This document shows positions 17,210-33,075 of a DNA stretch of 64,000 nucleotides, piece after piece. Each line of letters starts with the position of its first letter. Position 1 is the first letter of the stretch. The notes under the pieces were generated by a model. The model was not told where the DNA came from and made no database searches. It was given only the letters and a program-made list of their open reading frames with translations. Both the position numbers and the translations under genes were made by a program. Source of the DNA: the human T2T-CHM13v2.0 reference genome, Homo sapiens. The stretch is taken from the NCBI RefSeq assembly GCF_009914755.1, contig NC_060943.1. The stretch is one strand, 5' to 3'.

Positions 17210-20200
17210 ATAGCATCCCCTCACCCCAGATATTACGAACCATACCATAGGGGGGTGTACGCCTCCTGCAAAATGGGGAATAATAGCACCCTCTCTTACC
17301 CTGGATATTTCGAACCATACCACAGGGAGGTGCACTCCCCCCACGATATGGGGAGTATGGGGAGTAACAGTACCCTCAATCCCCTGGATATTACGAACCA
17401 TACCACAGGGGAGTGTACATTTCCAGCGATATGAGGGGTAACAACACCCTCTCCGTTCCTGGAGAATACAAAACATACCACACAGGGGTGTACACACCCC
17501 GCGATATAGGGAGTCATAGCATCCTCTCTCCCCCTGGATATTAGGAACCGTACCGCAGCAGGGTGTACATGCCCCGCACTGTGGGGAGTAATAGCACCCT
17601 CTCCCTGCCTGGATATTATGAACCATACCACAGTGGGGTGTACACCCCTTGCAATATGGAAAGTAATAGCACCCTCTTTCCTTCTGGATATTAAGAACCA
17701 TACCAAAGGGGGGTGTGCACTCCCTGCGATATTGAAAGTAATATTATCCTGTTCCCTTCTGGGTATTAGGAACAATATCACAAGGGAATGCACATGCCCT
17801 GCGGTATTTTGAGTAATATCATCCTCTCCCCTTCTGAATGTCAGGATCAATATCACAGGGAGGTGTACACCTTCTGCGATATTGGAAGTAATATCATCCT
17901 CTCCTTTTCTGGATATTAGGAACAATATCACAGAAGGTATGAACACCCCTGCTATATATCCAGTAATATCAGCCTCTCCCCTCCTGGATATTAAGGAGAA
18001 TATCACGGGGGGGGGGGTGTAATATCATCCTCTTCCCTGCTGGATATTAGGAACAACATGACAGGGTGGGTGTACACTTCCTGGATAATGGGATTAATAT
18101 CATCCTCTTTCTTCCTGGATATTAGGAACACTACCATAGGGGAAGTGTAACCCCCCTGCAATATTGGTAGTAATATCATCCTCTTTTTCCCTGATTATTA
18201 TGAAGAATATCACAGCGGGGATGTACAATTTCTGCTATATTGAGAGTAATATCATCTTCTCCCCGCCTGAATATTAGAAACAATATCACAGGAAAAATAC
18301 ACACCCTCTGCGACATTGGGTGTAATATCATACTCTTTTCCCATGGATATTAGAAATAATATCATAGGTGGGGTGTATACCCCCTGCGATATTGGGAGTA
18401 ATATCATCCTCACCACTTCTGGATATTAGGAACAATATCACAGGAGGTGTGTACACCCCTTGCTACAATGGGAGTAATATCATGCTCTTTCCCCCTGGAT
18501 ACTAAAAACTATATCACAAGAAAGGAGTACAAACCCTGTGATATTGAAAGTAATATTATCTTCTTTCCCCCTTAATATTAGGAACAATATCACATGGGGT
18601 GTGTACACCTCCTGCGATATTGAGAGTAATATTATTTTCCCCTCGCCTGGATATAAGGAACAATATCACAGGAGGGGTGTACACCCCCTGTGATAATGAA
18701 AGTAATATAATCTCCTCCCCCTCTTGATATTAAAAACAATATCACCTGAGGAGCACACACCCCCTGTGATATGGAGACTAATATCATTTTCTCCCCACCG
18801 AAATATTTAGAACAATATCACGGGGGGTGTACACCTTATGTGATATTGGGAGTAATATCATCCTCTCCCACCCTGTATATCAAAAACAATATCACAGGGA
18901 GTGTGTACACTCCCTGTAATATTCACAATAATATCATCGTTTTCTTCCCTGGATATTAGGAACAATATCACAAGGGTGGTGTACATCCCCTGTGATATTG
19001 GGAGTAATATCATCATCTCCTCCCATGGATATTAGGAACCATATCACAGGAGGGGTGTACACCTTGTGCGATATTGGGAGTAATATTATGTTCTCTCCAC
19101 CTGGATATTAGGAACAATATCACATGAGCGGTGTACACCCCCTGCGATATTGGGAGTAATGCCATTTTCTCCCCCTTGATATTAAAAGCAATATCACCAG
19201 GCGGAGTGCACACCCCCTGCGATATCGAGACTAATATCATTTTCTGCCAACCTAACTATTAAGTACAATATCACAGGGGGTGTTCACCCCTTGCCATATT
19301 GATAATAATGTCATCCTCTCCCCTCCTGGATATGAAAAACAATATCACAGGGGCGTCGTGCACCCCCTGCGATACTGGGAGTAATATAATCCTCTCCACA
19401 CCCTGGATATGAGGAACAATATTACAAAGCGGGTGTACACCCCCTGGAATATTCACAGTAATATCATCGTTTCCTTTCCTGGATATTAGGAACAATATCA
19501 CAAGGGGGGTGTAGACCTCCAGCGATTTTGGGAGTAATATTTTCCTCTCCCCCTCTGTATATTAGAAACCATCATGGGGGGGTGTACACCACCTGCGATA
19601 TTGGGAGTAATATCATCCTCTTCACCCCTGGTTATTAGGAACAGTATCACTTGAGGGGTGTACCTCTACTGCGATATCAGGCATAATAACATCCTCTCCC
19701 CCCGAATATTAAGAACAATATCACAGGTGGACTGCACACCCTCTGTGATATTGAAAATAATATCATCCTCTGCTTCCCTGAATATTAGGAATAATATCAC
19801 AAGGGGGGTAGACAACCCCTTCTATATGAGGAGTAATATCCTCTTCCTTCCTTTATATTAGGATCAATATCACAAGGGGGGTGTACACCCCCTGCAATAT
19901 TGGGAGTAATATTACCCTCTCTTTTTCTGGATATCAGAACAATATCACAGGGGAAGTATACATTCCCTGTGATATTGCGAGTAATATTCTTTCCCTCTAC
20001 TAAATATTTGCAACAATATCACAGAAAAGGTGTACAACCCCTACGATATTGGCAGTAATACTATTCTCTTCCCCCTGGATATTAGGAACAATATTACAGG
20101 TTAAATGTACACTCCTAAGATATTGGGAGTAATATCATTCTCTTTTGCTCTGGATATTAGGAACAATATCGCAAGGGCGATGTACACTCTCTGAGATATT

Positions 20201-23200
20201 GAAAGTAATTTAATTATCTCCCTCCCGGCTATTAGGAACAATATCACCGGGGAGTGTACACCCTCTGCAATATTTAGAGAAATAAGATCCCCTTTTCCCC
20301 TAGATTTTAAGAACTATATTACAGGGGATGTGTGTACACCCCCTGCGATGTTGGGAGTAATATCATCCTCTCTCCCCCTAAATATTTGGAACAATATTAC
20401 AGGGGTGGTGTACACACCCTGCGATACTGGCAATAATGTCATCCTCTCCTTTTCTGCATATTGGGAACAACATAATGGGGGAGTGTACACCTCCTGCGAT
20501 ATTAGGAGTAATATCATCTTCTTCTGCCCTGGTTACTAGGAGCAATATCACAGAAGGTTGTATAACCCCTGCGATATTGGGAGTAATATCATCCTTCCCC
20601 CCACGTATATCCCAGCCTTGATATTAGGAACAATATTACAGGGGAGGTGTATACCCCCTGCTATAAGGGGAGTAACATAATCCCCTTTCTTCCTGGATAC
20701 TAGCAGCAATATCACAGGGGTTGTGTACAACCCCTCCGATATTGAAAGTAACTTCATCTTCTTTCCCTCTGAATATTAGGAACAATATGATGCGGAAGGT
20801 GTACACCCCCTGTGGTATTGAGAGTGATATCATTTTCTCCTAGCTTGGATATTAGAAACAATATCACAGGAGGGGTGTACACCCACTGCGATATCGGGAG
20901 TAATATAATCCTCTCCCACCCCTGGATATTAGGAACAATATTAGGATATTAGGAAGGTGTACACTCCTTGGAATATTTATAGTAATATCATCGTTTCCTT
21001 CCCTGGATATTAGGAAAAATATCAGAAGGGGGTGTACACCCCCCAGAGATTTTGGGAGTAATATCACCCTCTCCCCCGGATATTAAGAACAATGTTATTG
21101 GAAGTGTGTATGCCTTCTGCGATATTTGGACTCATATCATTTTCTCCCAACCTAAATATTAAGAACAATACCACAGAGGGTGTACAGCTCCTGCAATATT
21201 GAAAGTAATATCATCCTCTCCTTCCCTAGATATTAGGAACAATATCACAGGGCGTGTACACCTCCTGCGATATTGGGAGTAATGTCATCCTTTCCCATCC
21301 TTGATATTAGAAAAATATCACAGGGGGGTATACACTCCCTACACAAATTGAAAGTAATATCCTCTCCACCGCTGGATATTAGGAGCAATATAACGGGGGA
21401 GGGCCTGTATACACCCTGCAATATTGGGAGCAATATTATTTTCTCCTCCACTGGATTTTAGGAATAATATCACAGTGTGGGTGTAAACCCCCTGCGATAT
21501 TGGGAGTAACATCATCCTCTTTCCCCATGGATATTAAATACAATATCACAGGAGGGGTCTACACTGTCTTTGATATTGGGAGTAATATTATTCTTTCTCT
21601 TCCTTGATATAAGGAACAATATCAGAGGGGGATATACACCACCTGCAATATTGGGAGTAATATCATCCTTTCCCTTTCTGGATATTAGGAACAATATCAC
21701 AAAAAAGGTGTACACTGCCTGCAATACTGAGAGTAATATAATCCTCTCCCTTCCTGGATATTAGAAACAATATCCCAAAAGGGATGTACACTCCCAGCGA
21801 TATTGAAAGTCATATAATCGTTTCCTTCCCTGGATATTATGAAGAATATCACAGGGTGGGTGTCCACTTTCTGCGATATTAAGAGTAATATCATCCTCTC
21901 TCCTCCTGAATATTACGAACAATATCGCATGGAGGATGTACATCCCTTGCGATATTGGGAGTAATATCCTCCTCTCTCCCCCTTGATATTAGGAACAATA
22001 TCACGGGGGAGCGGTGCACACACCCTGCGATATTGGGACTAATGTCATTTCCCCCCACCCGGATCATAGGAACAATATAACAGGGAAAGTGCACACCCCC
22101 TGCGATATTGAGGGTAATATCATCCTCTCCCGCCCTGGATATTAGGAACAATATCACAGGGCGTTGTACACCTCCTGCGATATTAGGAACAATATCATGC
22201 TGTCCCCTTCTGTATATTAGGAACAGTATCACAGGGGGTTGTACACCCCCTGCGATATTGGGAGAAATATTATCCCCTTCTCCCCTGTATATTAGGAACC
22301 ATATCACAGGCTGTGTGTACACCCCTTGTCATATTCTGAGTTAGATCATCCTCTCCCCCTCTGGATATTAGGAACAATATCATAGGCGTGGGTACACCCC
22401 CTGCAATATTAAGAGTAATATCATCCTCTCCCTCCCTGAATGTTAGGAACAATATCACAGGGGGAAAGAACCCCCTGCGATATTTGGAGTAATATCATAC
22501 TCTCCCCACCTGTATATTCAGAACAATAACACAGGGGATTTATACATCCCATGCAATATTGAAAGTAATATCATCCTCTCTCCATCTGGATATTAAAAAA
22601 GAATATCAGAGGGGGGAGTACACAATACATCCCCTTTGTATTGGGAGTAATTTTATCTTCTCTCTTTTTAAATATTAAAAACAATATCACCGGAAAGGTT
22701 TACTCCCTCTGTGATATTGAAAGCAAAATCATCCTCTACCCCCTGGATGTAAGAAATAATATTATGGGGAGGGTGTACATCTTCTAAGATATTGGGAGTC
22801 ATATTACTTTCTCCCCTCCTGGATATTAGAAACAATATCACGGGGAGGGGGTACAGACCCAGCAATTTTGAAAATAGTATTATCCTAACTCTTCTTCCGC
22901 TGGATATTAGGAACAATATCGCAGGGGGTGTGTAAACTCCCTGTGATATTGAAAGTAATATCATCCTCTCCCTCCCTGGATATTAGGACCAATATCTCAG
23001 GAAGGTTGTACACCCTTTGCGATATTGGGAGCAATATTATCCTCTTCCACCCCGGATATTAGGAACAGTATCACAGGGTGGGGTACACCCCCTGCGATAT
23101 TAACAATAATATCATCCTCTCCTCCCCTGGATATTAGAAACAATATCACAGGGATGCGTACACCCCCTGTGATATTGAAAATAATATCATCATCTTTTCC

Positions 23201-26200
23201 TCTGGATGTTAGGAACAATATCACACAGGGGGTTTACACCGCCTGTGATATTGGGAGTAATATCATTCTCTCAATCCCTGGATATTAGGAACAACTTCAC
23301 AGGGGGAGTGTACACCCCCTGCGATATCGGGAGTATTATACCCTTCTCCCCCTGTGAATATTAGAAACAATATCACAGGGAATCTGTACATCCCCTGTGA
23401 TATTGACAATAATATCATCCTCTCTCCCCCAGATATTAGGAACAATATCATAGAACGGGTGTACACCCGCTGGAATATTGGGAGTAATATCATTTTCTCC
23501 ACCCCCGGATATTAGAAACAATATCACAGAACCAGTGTATACGCCCTGCAATATTGACAGTAATATCATCCTCTCTTTTCCTGGATATTAGGAACAATAT
23601 CACAAAGGGGTGTACATGCCCTGTGCTGCTGGAAATAGTATCATCCTGTGTCTTCCTGGATATTAGGAACAATATTAAAGGGGGAATGTACACCCCCTGT
23701 GATATTGGGATTAATATTTTTCTTTCCCCTCCTGGATATTAGAAACAATATCACAGAGAGGGTGTACCCCCCTGCAGTATTAGGAGTTATATCATCCTGT
23801 TTCGTTCTGGATATTAAAGACAATATCTCAAAGGGTGTGTACACCCCTTTCAGTTTTGGAAGGAATGTCACCCTCTTCTCTCCTGGATATTAGGAACAAT
23901 GTCACAAAGAGGAAGTACACACCCTGCGACATTGGGAGTAATATCATCCTTTTTCCCCCTTGATATTAGAAACAATATCCCAGCGGGGTGTACAGCCCCT
24001 GTGATATTGGGAGTAATATCATCCTCTCTCCTGCTGCATATTGGCAACAATATTACAGAGTGTATGTACACCCCCTGTGATATTGGGAGTAATATTCTTT
24101 CTCCCCATGAATTTTAGGAACAACATCACAAGGGGGGTGTACATGCCCTGGGATATTGGGAGTACTATTATCCTCTCACACCCTGGATATTAGGAAGAAT
24201 ATTACAGCGGGGTGTACACCCCCTGTGATACTTGGAGACATATCCTCTCCCCTTCTGGATATTTTGAACAATATGATAGGTGGTGTACAGCCCCTGCCAT
24301 ATGGGGAGGAATGTCATTTTCTCCTTTCCCGGATATTACAAACAATATCACAGTGGGGTGTACACCCACTATGATATTGCAAGTAATATCATCCTCTCCC
24401 ATTCTGAACATTCCACTTCCCCCTGGATATTACGAATAATATCCCGGGGCGGGGGTGTACACCCCCTGCGATATTAAGAGTAATATCAGCCTCTTTCTTC
24501 TGGATGTTACAAACAATATCACAGGGAGGTGTACACTCTCTGAGATATTAAGAGTAATAACATCCTTTTTTCCTCTGGATATTTGGGACAATGTCACAGG
24601 AGGTGTACACACTTTGCGATATTGGGACAGATATCATCCCCTCCCCCTCTTAATATTATGAACAGTATTCAGAAATGTACACCCCCTGCAATATTGGGAG
24701 TAACGTTATCATCTTTAATTCTGGATATTACGATCAATATCAGAAGGGGGTGTACACCTACTTTGATATTGGGAGTAATATCATCCTCTCCCCCCCGAAT
24801 ATTGTGAACAAGATCACAGTGTGGTGTACGTCCCCTGCAATACTGGGAGTAATATCTTTCTTTCCACTCATGAATATTAGAAACAATATTACAGAGGGAG
24901 TGTACACCCCCTGCGATTTTGGAAGTAATATCATCTTCTCCACTTCCGAATATTAGGAACAATATCAAAGGGGGGGCCTACACTCCCTGAGATGTTGGGA
25001 GTAATAGTATCCTCTCCCCTCCCTGGATATTACGAACAATATCACAGGGGAGTGTACACCTCCTGTGATATTGGGAGAAAATTTTCTCTCATTCCGGATA
25101 TTATAAACAATAACACAGTAATGTGTACACCGCCTGCGATATTGAAAGTAATATTATCCTTTTTCCCTCTGAATATTGTGAACAATATCACAGGGAATTG
25201 TACACCCCCTGCGATATTGACAGTTATGTCATCCTCTTTCCCCTAGGATATTATGAACCATATCACAGGGTGGTGTATATCTTCTGCGAGATTCAGAATA
25301 ATATCATCCTCCCTTCTTCTGGATATTATGAACAATATCACAGGGAGTGTACAGTTTTTGTGATATTGTTAGTAATATCATCCTCTCCCCTTCTTAATAT
25401 CATGACAATATCACAGAAAGGTGTACACCACCTGCAATATTGGGAGTAATATCATCCTCTCTACCTCTGGATATTACGAACAATATCACGGGGGGGTGTA
25501 CACTTCCTCTCCTCCCCTGGATATTATGAACAATATCATAGAGTGTTGTACACACCCTGCGATATTGGGAGTAATATAATCGTCTCTTCCCCTGAATATT
25601 ACAAACAATAAAACAAGGGGGTGTACACCCCCTGTGATATTAGGAGTAATATCATCATTTCCCCATCTGGATATTACAAACAATGTCAGAGTAAGGTGTA
25701 CACCTTCTGCGATATTGGCAATAATATCATATCTCCCCTTCTGGATATTAGGAACAATATCATAGGGGGGTGTACACCCACTGTGATATTTGGAGTAATA
25801 TCACTCTCTCCTTCCCTAAATATTACGAACAATGACACAGGAGGGTTTTCACCCCTTCTGATATTGAGAGTAATATTATCCTCTCTCCCCTGGATATTAC
25901 AAAAAATATCACAAAGGGGTGTACACCCTTTGTGATATAGGGAGTAATATCCTCTTTTTCCCTGGATATCATGAAAAGTATCACATAGGGGTGTAAACCT
26001 TCTGCGATATTGAGAGTAATATCCTCTCCTTGCCTGGATATTACAAACAATATCACAGGAGTTCTACACCCCCTGCCATATTGGGAGTAATATCGTCTTC
26101 TCCTTCCCTGGATATTATGAACAATATCACAGAGTGGTGTAAACCTTCTGCGATATTGGGAGTAATATCATCCTCTCTTTCCCTGGACATTACGAACAAT

Positions 26201-27442
26201 ATCACAGAGGGGTGAACACCCTCCCCAATAGGGCGAGCTATATCACCATCTACACCCCTGGATATTACGAACCATATCAAAGAAGGGAGTACACCCTCCG
26301 TGATATGGGGAGCAATATCACCCTCTCCCCTTTTGCATATTATGAACCATATCACAGGGGGCTGTACACCCTTCGCTTTATGAAGAACAATATCACCCTC
26401 TTCCCGTCTGGGTATTATGAACCATATCACAGGGGAGGGTGATCCTTCCGCGATATAAGGAGCAATATCACCCTTTCTTCCCCTGGATATTACGAACCAT
26501 ATCACGGGGGGTGTACACCCCCCCTGATATGAGGATAAATGTAAATTTCTCCCCCCATGAATATTATGAACCAATCCAGGGGGGTGTACCCCCACTGCGA
26601 TATGGGGAGCAATATCACCCTCTAACCCCCTGGATATTACAAACCATATCACAGAGGGGTGTACACTTCTGGGTATTACGAACCATATCACAGGGGTTGT
26701 ACACCCCTCGGGTTATGAAGAGCAATATTTTCCTCTTTCTTCCTGGATATTACGAACCATATCACAGGAGGATGTACGTCCCCCGCGATATGGGGAGAAA
26801 TATCACCCTTTCCTTTCCTGGATATTACCAATCATATCACGGAGGGTTTACACCCCCTGCGATATGGGGAGCAATATCACTCTCTCCTCCCCTGGATATT
26901 GCGAATCATATAACAATAAGGTGTACACCTTCCTCGATGTAAGGAGCAGTATCACCCTCTCCACTCCTGGATATTACGAACCATATTACATGGGGGTGTA
27001 CACTCTCCACAATATGGGCAGCAATATTACCTTTTTCTTCCCTGGATATAACGAACCATATCACAGAAGGGTGTACATCCCCTACAATATGGGGAGAAAT
27101 ATCACCCTCTCCCCCACCCGGATATTACAGACTATAACACAGGGGGGTGTACACACAGAATATTTACAATATCACAGAAGGGGTGTACACCCTTTGTGAT
27201 ATTAGGAGAAATATCATTGCCTCCCCTTCTGGATATTAGGAATGATATCACGGTGGGGGTGTTCATGCCCTGAAATACTAGGAGTAATACCTTTCTCTCC
27301 CCACCCCTGAATATTAGGAACAATATCAAATGGGGGTTTACACCTTCTGTGATTTTGAGACTAATAACCTCTCCCCCACTGGATATTAGGAAAGACATCA
27401 CGAGGGAGGTGTACACCTTCTGCAATATAGAAAGTAATATCA

Positions 27443-27853
<411 letters not shown>

Positions 27854-30412
27854 TCACGGGGGGGTGTACACACCATTCGATATTGGGAGTAATATCATCC
27901 CCTTTCCCCCTAAATATTAGGAACAATATCACAGGAAGCGTGTACATCCCCTGCGATATTGGGAGTAATATCACACTTTCTTCCCCTAGGTATTACTAAT
28001 AATATCACAGGGGGAGTGTACATCCCCTGCGATATTGAAAGTAATATCATCCTCTTTCTTCATGGATATTAGGAACAATATCATAAAGGTGGTGTACACC
28101 CCCTGTGATATTGGGAGTAATATCGTCCTCTCCCCCCATCGATATTAGGAACAATAACACAGGGTTGGTGTACACCCCTTGTGATATTTGGAGAAATATC
28201 ATAATCTCCCCAACCTGGATATTAGGAACAATATCACAGAGGGGAGGACACCCCCTGGAATATTCACAGTAACATCATCGTTTCCTTTCCTGGATATTGG
28301 GAATAATATTATCCTCTCCACCCTGGATATTAGGAACAATATCACAAGAGGGGTGTACACCCTTTGAGATTTTGGGGGTAATATCATCCTCTCCCACCCC
28401 GGATATTAGGAACAATATCACAGGGAGGGTGTACATCCCTCTGAGATATTAAGAATAATATCGTCCTTTCCCCCATGGGTATTAGGAACAATATCACGAC
28501 AGGTGTGTACACCTATTGTGATACTGGGAATAATACTATTTCACCCCCCCCCCGATGTTGGGAACAATATCACGGGAGGGGGCTGTACAGCCCCTGTGAT
28601 ATTGGGAGTAATATCATCCTTTCATTTCTTGGATATTAGAAACAATATCACGGGGGGGGCACACTCCCTTCAATATTAAGGGCAATATCACTCTCTTTCT
28701 TCCTGAATGTTAGGAAAAATATTACAGGGGAATGTACACCTCTTGCAATATTTGGAGTAATATCTCCTCTCCTTTTCTGGATATTAGGAACTATATCAAG
28801 GGGGGGTGTACACCTTCTGCAATAGTGGTGGTAATGTCATCTTCTTTTTCCCTGGATATTAGCAACAATATAACAAGGAAGGTGTACACCCCCTGCGATG
28901 TTGAAAGTAATATTATCCTCTCCTTTTCTAGATATTATGAACAATATTACAGGGAAGGTGTACATCCCCTGCGACATTGGGAGTAATATCATCCTCTCCC
29001 ATCCTGGATATTAGGAACAATATCACAGGTGGGGTGTAGACCTCATGCAATATTGGGAGTAATATCATCCTCTCCCTCTGGATATTATGAGGAATATCAC
29101 AGAGGGTTTACCTACAGGGTGTTTAAGATATTGAGAGTAATATCATCCCCTCCCTAACTGGATCTTTTGAACAATATCACAGAAGGGTGTACACTTCCTG
29201 TGACATTGGGAGTAATATTATTCTTCCTCTTATGGATATTACAAATAATATCACAGGTTGGTGTACAGTCTTTGCGATATTGGGAGTAATATCATTCTCT
29301 CCCCCCCGGATATTATGAACAATATTACAGTGGGGTGTACACCCCCTGTGATGCTAAAAGTGATATCATCCTATCCCCTCCTGGGTGTTAGGAACATTGT
29401 CACAGAGGGGGCACAACCCCTGAGATATTAGGAGTAATATAATTCTCTCCCACACGGATATTACAAAAAATATCACAGAGGCTGTACACACAGGGTGTTT
29501 AGAATATTGAGAATAATGTCATCTTCTCCCTCCCTGGATATTACAATGAAGAGATAACATCCATTACTGCTGCTACAGTGGAGGTACAACTGATGGTGTT
29601 TGCATTAGTTTCCTGCCATCTGCCATCATCCTTCTGGATTTTGAAGATACCAGACTGGTGAATTCCGTGAAAGAGATGAGTGGACCAACACTCGTCTCGC
29701 AGAAGTTGGCAAGGAATACATCAATTTCCTGACCCTTGCCCTTAGGCCATTACTCTAACAGGGGTCATGGTGATGTTTCCAACCATGGGTTTTATGCCAG
29801 CAAGACCTTCATGGCCAACAGCTTCTGAAAGATAACAATACTCACCTTTGTTCAGTGCTCAGTTACCTAAGCAAATGATTGTAGGTCTTTTCCAAGGGAA
29901 GCTGGAGAATCCCAAAGTTGTATACTTCCCTTGGTTTTGCATGAACCTGCCTCATGAGAACCCAGTCTCTTTTTGAATTAGACCTTCTTATGTGAGAACT
30001 GTCTCAGGTTTTAACTGGATGAAGGATGATGACTTTATATGAGGGCTGCTGACATCTGTTTCTGTTCCTCTTGATGATTTCTATTTCCTGTTACTGAAGG
30101 GACTCACTTGTCTGCCATTTATATCTGTTGTCCCTAATGAAACATACTCTAAGAGGTAAGTGCTAGATATTGCAAAGCAGTCCTCCCCTGATGCACTCTG
30201 GCACTGGTGCCAGCTCCTTATGCCCACCTTGCATTGATGGCAAAGTGCTGGCCTCTGCCATTCCCACATCTTCTCACCACTTTGTTGCTATGAATGGAGC
30301 CCATCTCTGTAACAGTGTGGCCTGCTTTAATGTCTGACCCATGAAGAATGTCCAGCACTTGATCTTAGCCATGCTGGAGTCCCTCTCACTGGGGCAGTGG
30401 TCATGGGCAGCC

Positions 30413-31221
<809 letters not shown>

Positions 31222-32557
31222 ATGTACTTCTGAACCATGTTATTCTTTACCCCAAAGCTATACATCCTTGCAATTCTGTGCTGATCCTAACCACCTGCAG
31301 TGAGCCCACACTCCTCAGGTTCTGGGCAAATTTTTTCCACCAGCCTAACCTCACATCCAATGCTAGCCCCAGTTTTGCGATCTCAGGCCACTCACACTAA
31401 TCTAAAACTTGCTGCAAATTCAAAAGGTCCCATCACTCTCAGGATGACTATTCAGATAGCAACACTCATGGAACTAAAAAAAATCACTGGGGTGGGGATC
31501 ACATCCTGGCATTTATAGAGTGACTACATCCCAGACATGTGAAGAAAACTGAGGAGGGAACCCCAAGGGCTTGAAAGACCTTGCCGAGTGTGGAGCCCTG
31601 AAGTGCACATACCACTCGGTTGTCCCCCAGGGGCCTGGGAACCTTGCCAAGTGCGGGGTCTCTAGAGCAGAATCCACACCGCTGGGGAGGTGGATTTCAG
31701 GCCAGAAACCTTCAGGGACCTGGAGTCCCAACACATGCTAAAAACAGGGGTAGGGGCACAGATATGAAAGATTTTGGAGTATTTGGAGCCCAGAAGAGAA
31801 AACTGAAGGTGGCAGCGTGGAGCGCTCAGAAGATGGCGGAGACCATGGAGCCCAAAAAATCCAGAAAAAGAGGCGGGGACAGGGGATGGACCTCAGAAGC
31901 ATTCAGAACGCACAGGGCCCCCTCCAAGGTCGCTTTCACACTGCCAAGGCTTCCTCTGCAGCTGCAGAGCTGCACTTTTCCTCTGTCCCAACAAAAATAT
32001 GTCCCTTGAAGGTCTCATCTCCCATGGACTGGATCTGGATCTGGGCCTCATTTATCCAGGGGCCTCAGTCCTCAAGGAGGCCATTGTCACTCTGCTTCCC
32101 GATAAAGTCCTCTTAAGTTAGTAAATGCCCCTCAAGGGACCCATGGTTTGTCCTTATTCCTCCCTGAGTCTTCTCCTTCTGAGGGAGGAAGTTTTCAAAC
32201 ACCCCCAGGATTTACTGCCAGAATTTCACCCTCTGAAACCTCCTCCTTCCCTAGATCCAGTCCAGCTCCTCATCCTCAGCCCCCCAGACCCCATGGAGGT
32301 GTCCCATGCAATGGGTTTTTTCTAGATTGACAGCCTCCCCTCCTCAGCGTACAACTCAGAGACTCACCCTGTTCTGAGCAGCGAGCCACCGCATAAGCAG
32401 ACATGAGACCTCACTCCAGCCAAATAACACTTTATTTTTGTAGTTTCAATGCTTTTCTTCCCCGAGGAAAGGGAGGAGCTCAGGAGAACAGTGTCATCAA
32501 AATTTCCTGGTGGTTGTTTAATCACAGCAGCAGAGTAGGTCAGGAAACTCTTCCAGA

Positions 32558-32929
32558 TTACCCTCTTCCTCCTGAAATTAAAGGAAACATGCACGACTCA
32601 TGAACTGATAAGGTTTCCCAACAATTGTGCGAATATCCTGCTGGATTTATGAGCTGAAAGTAAACCTGAATGACTTGTGCTGCTTGTCCAGGCATTATCT
32701 TCTTCAGGAAATATGAGATGTTGTTTGGAAGCATTTCAGAAGCAAGGGAAGCTGCTTTGTTGAATACATAGATGAGCATCTTCTTGATTAGAAACTTCAA
32801 CCCAGCGATTAAGGGTCTCGTTACTAGTTTTGAGACATATGTCATTAATTGGTCGGCAAACCATTTTTTTATCACATCCATCAGAAAATCGACCACTTTC
32901 TCCACTAGCATTTCCATGGCCATGTTCAT
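32558..32929 (-). CDS. Candidate paralog, copy A (123 aa from first ATG); equivalent start is GTG at 32953 and the stop is lost
   Basis: Aligns codon-for-codon with copy B; in-frame ATGs at 32929, 32923 (aacATGG) and 32917 (gccATGG); 1-nt indel at the position of B's TAA gives a C-terminal extension; AATAAA at 32436-32431. Confidence 0.4.
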   Translation of the reverse strand: MNMAMEMLVEKVVDFLMDVIKKWFADQLMTYVSKLVTRPLIAGLKFLIKKMLIYVFNKAASLASEMLPNNISYFLKKIMPGQAAQVIQVYFQLINPAGYSHNCWETLSVHESCMFPLISGGRG

Positions 32930-32959
32930 TATAAGTGAAGTAAATGAGCTCACAAAAAG

Positions 32960-33075
32960 TGTAATGAGTGTTCTGTCGGTTTCACGTAAAGATATATAAT
33001 GGTATCGTCCCTGGAGAGCGTGGCCATTTTATGGGAGGTGACGTGGAGGGGGCGGGCCAAGATGGCCAATTAGAA
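32960..33075 (-). promoter_or_regulatory. Core promoter of copy A / PCAT19 short-isoform promoter-enhancer; probable rs11672691 (G32966) and rs887391 (T33003)
   Basis: TATATA 32998-32993; initiator CTCATT with A+1 ~32965; G32966 gives TAATGA (HOX) whereas A would give TAAGTG (NKX3-1); T33003 breaks ATGGC (YY1); 37-bp spacing matches my recollection of these SNPs. Confidence 0.6.

Noticed and set aside
31620-32009. 129-aa plus-strand ORF also open in paralog 53133-53522
   Set aside because: Non-ATG start, no promoter or polyA context, and divergence looks like the flanks, so the duplication alone explains it
32772-32999. Plus-strand 75-aa ORFs (also 54283-54510)
   Set aside because: Antisense shadows of the minus-strand ORF; no supporting signals
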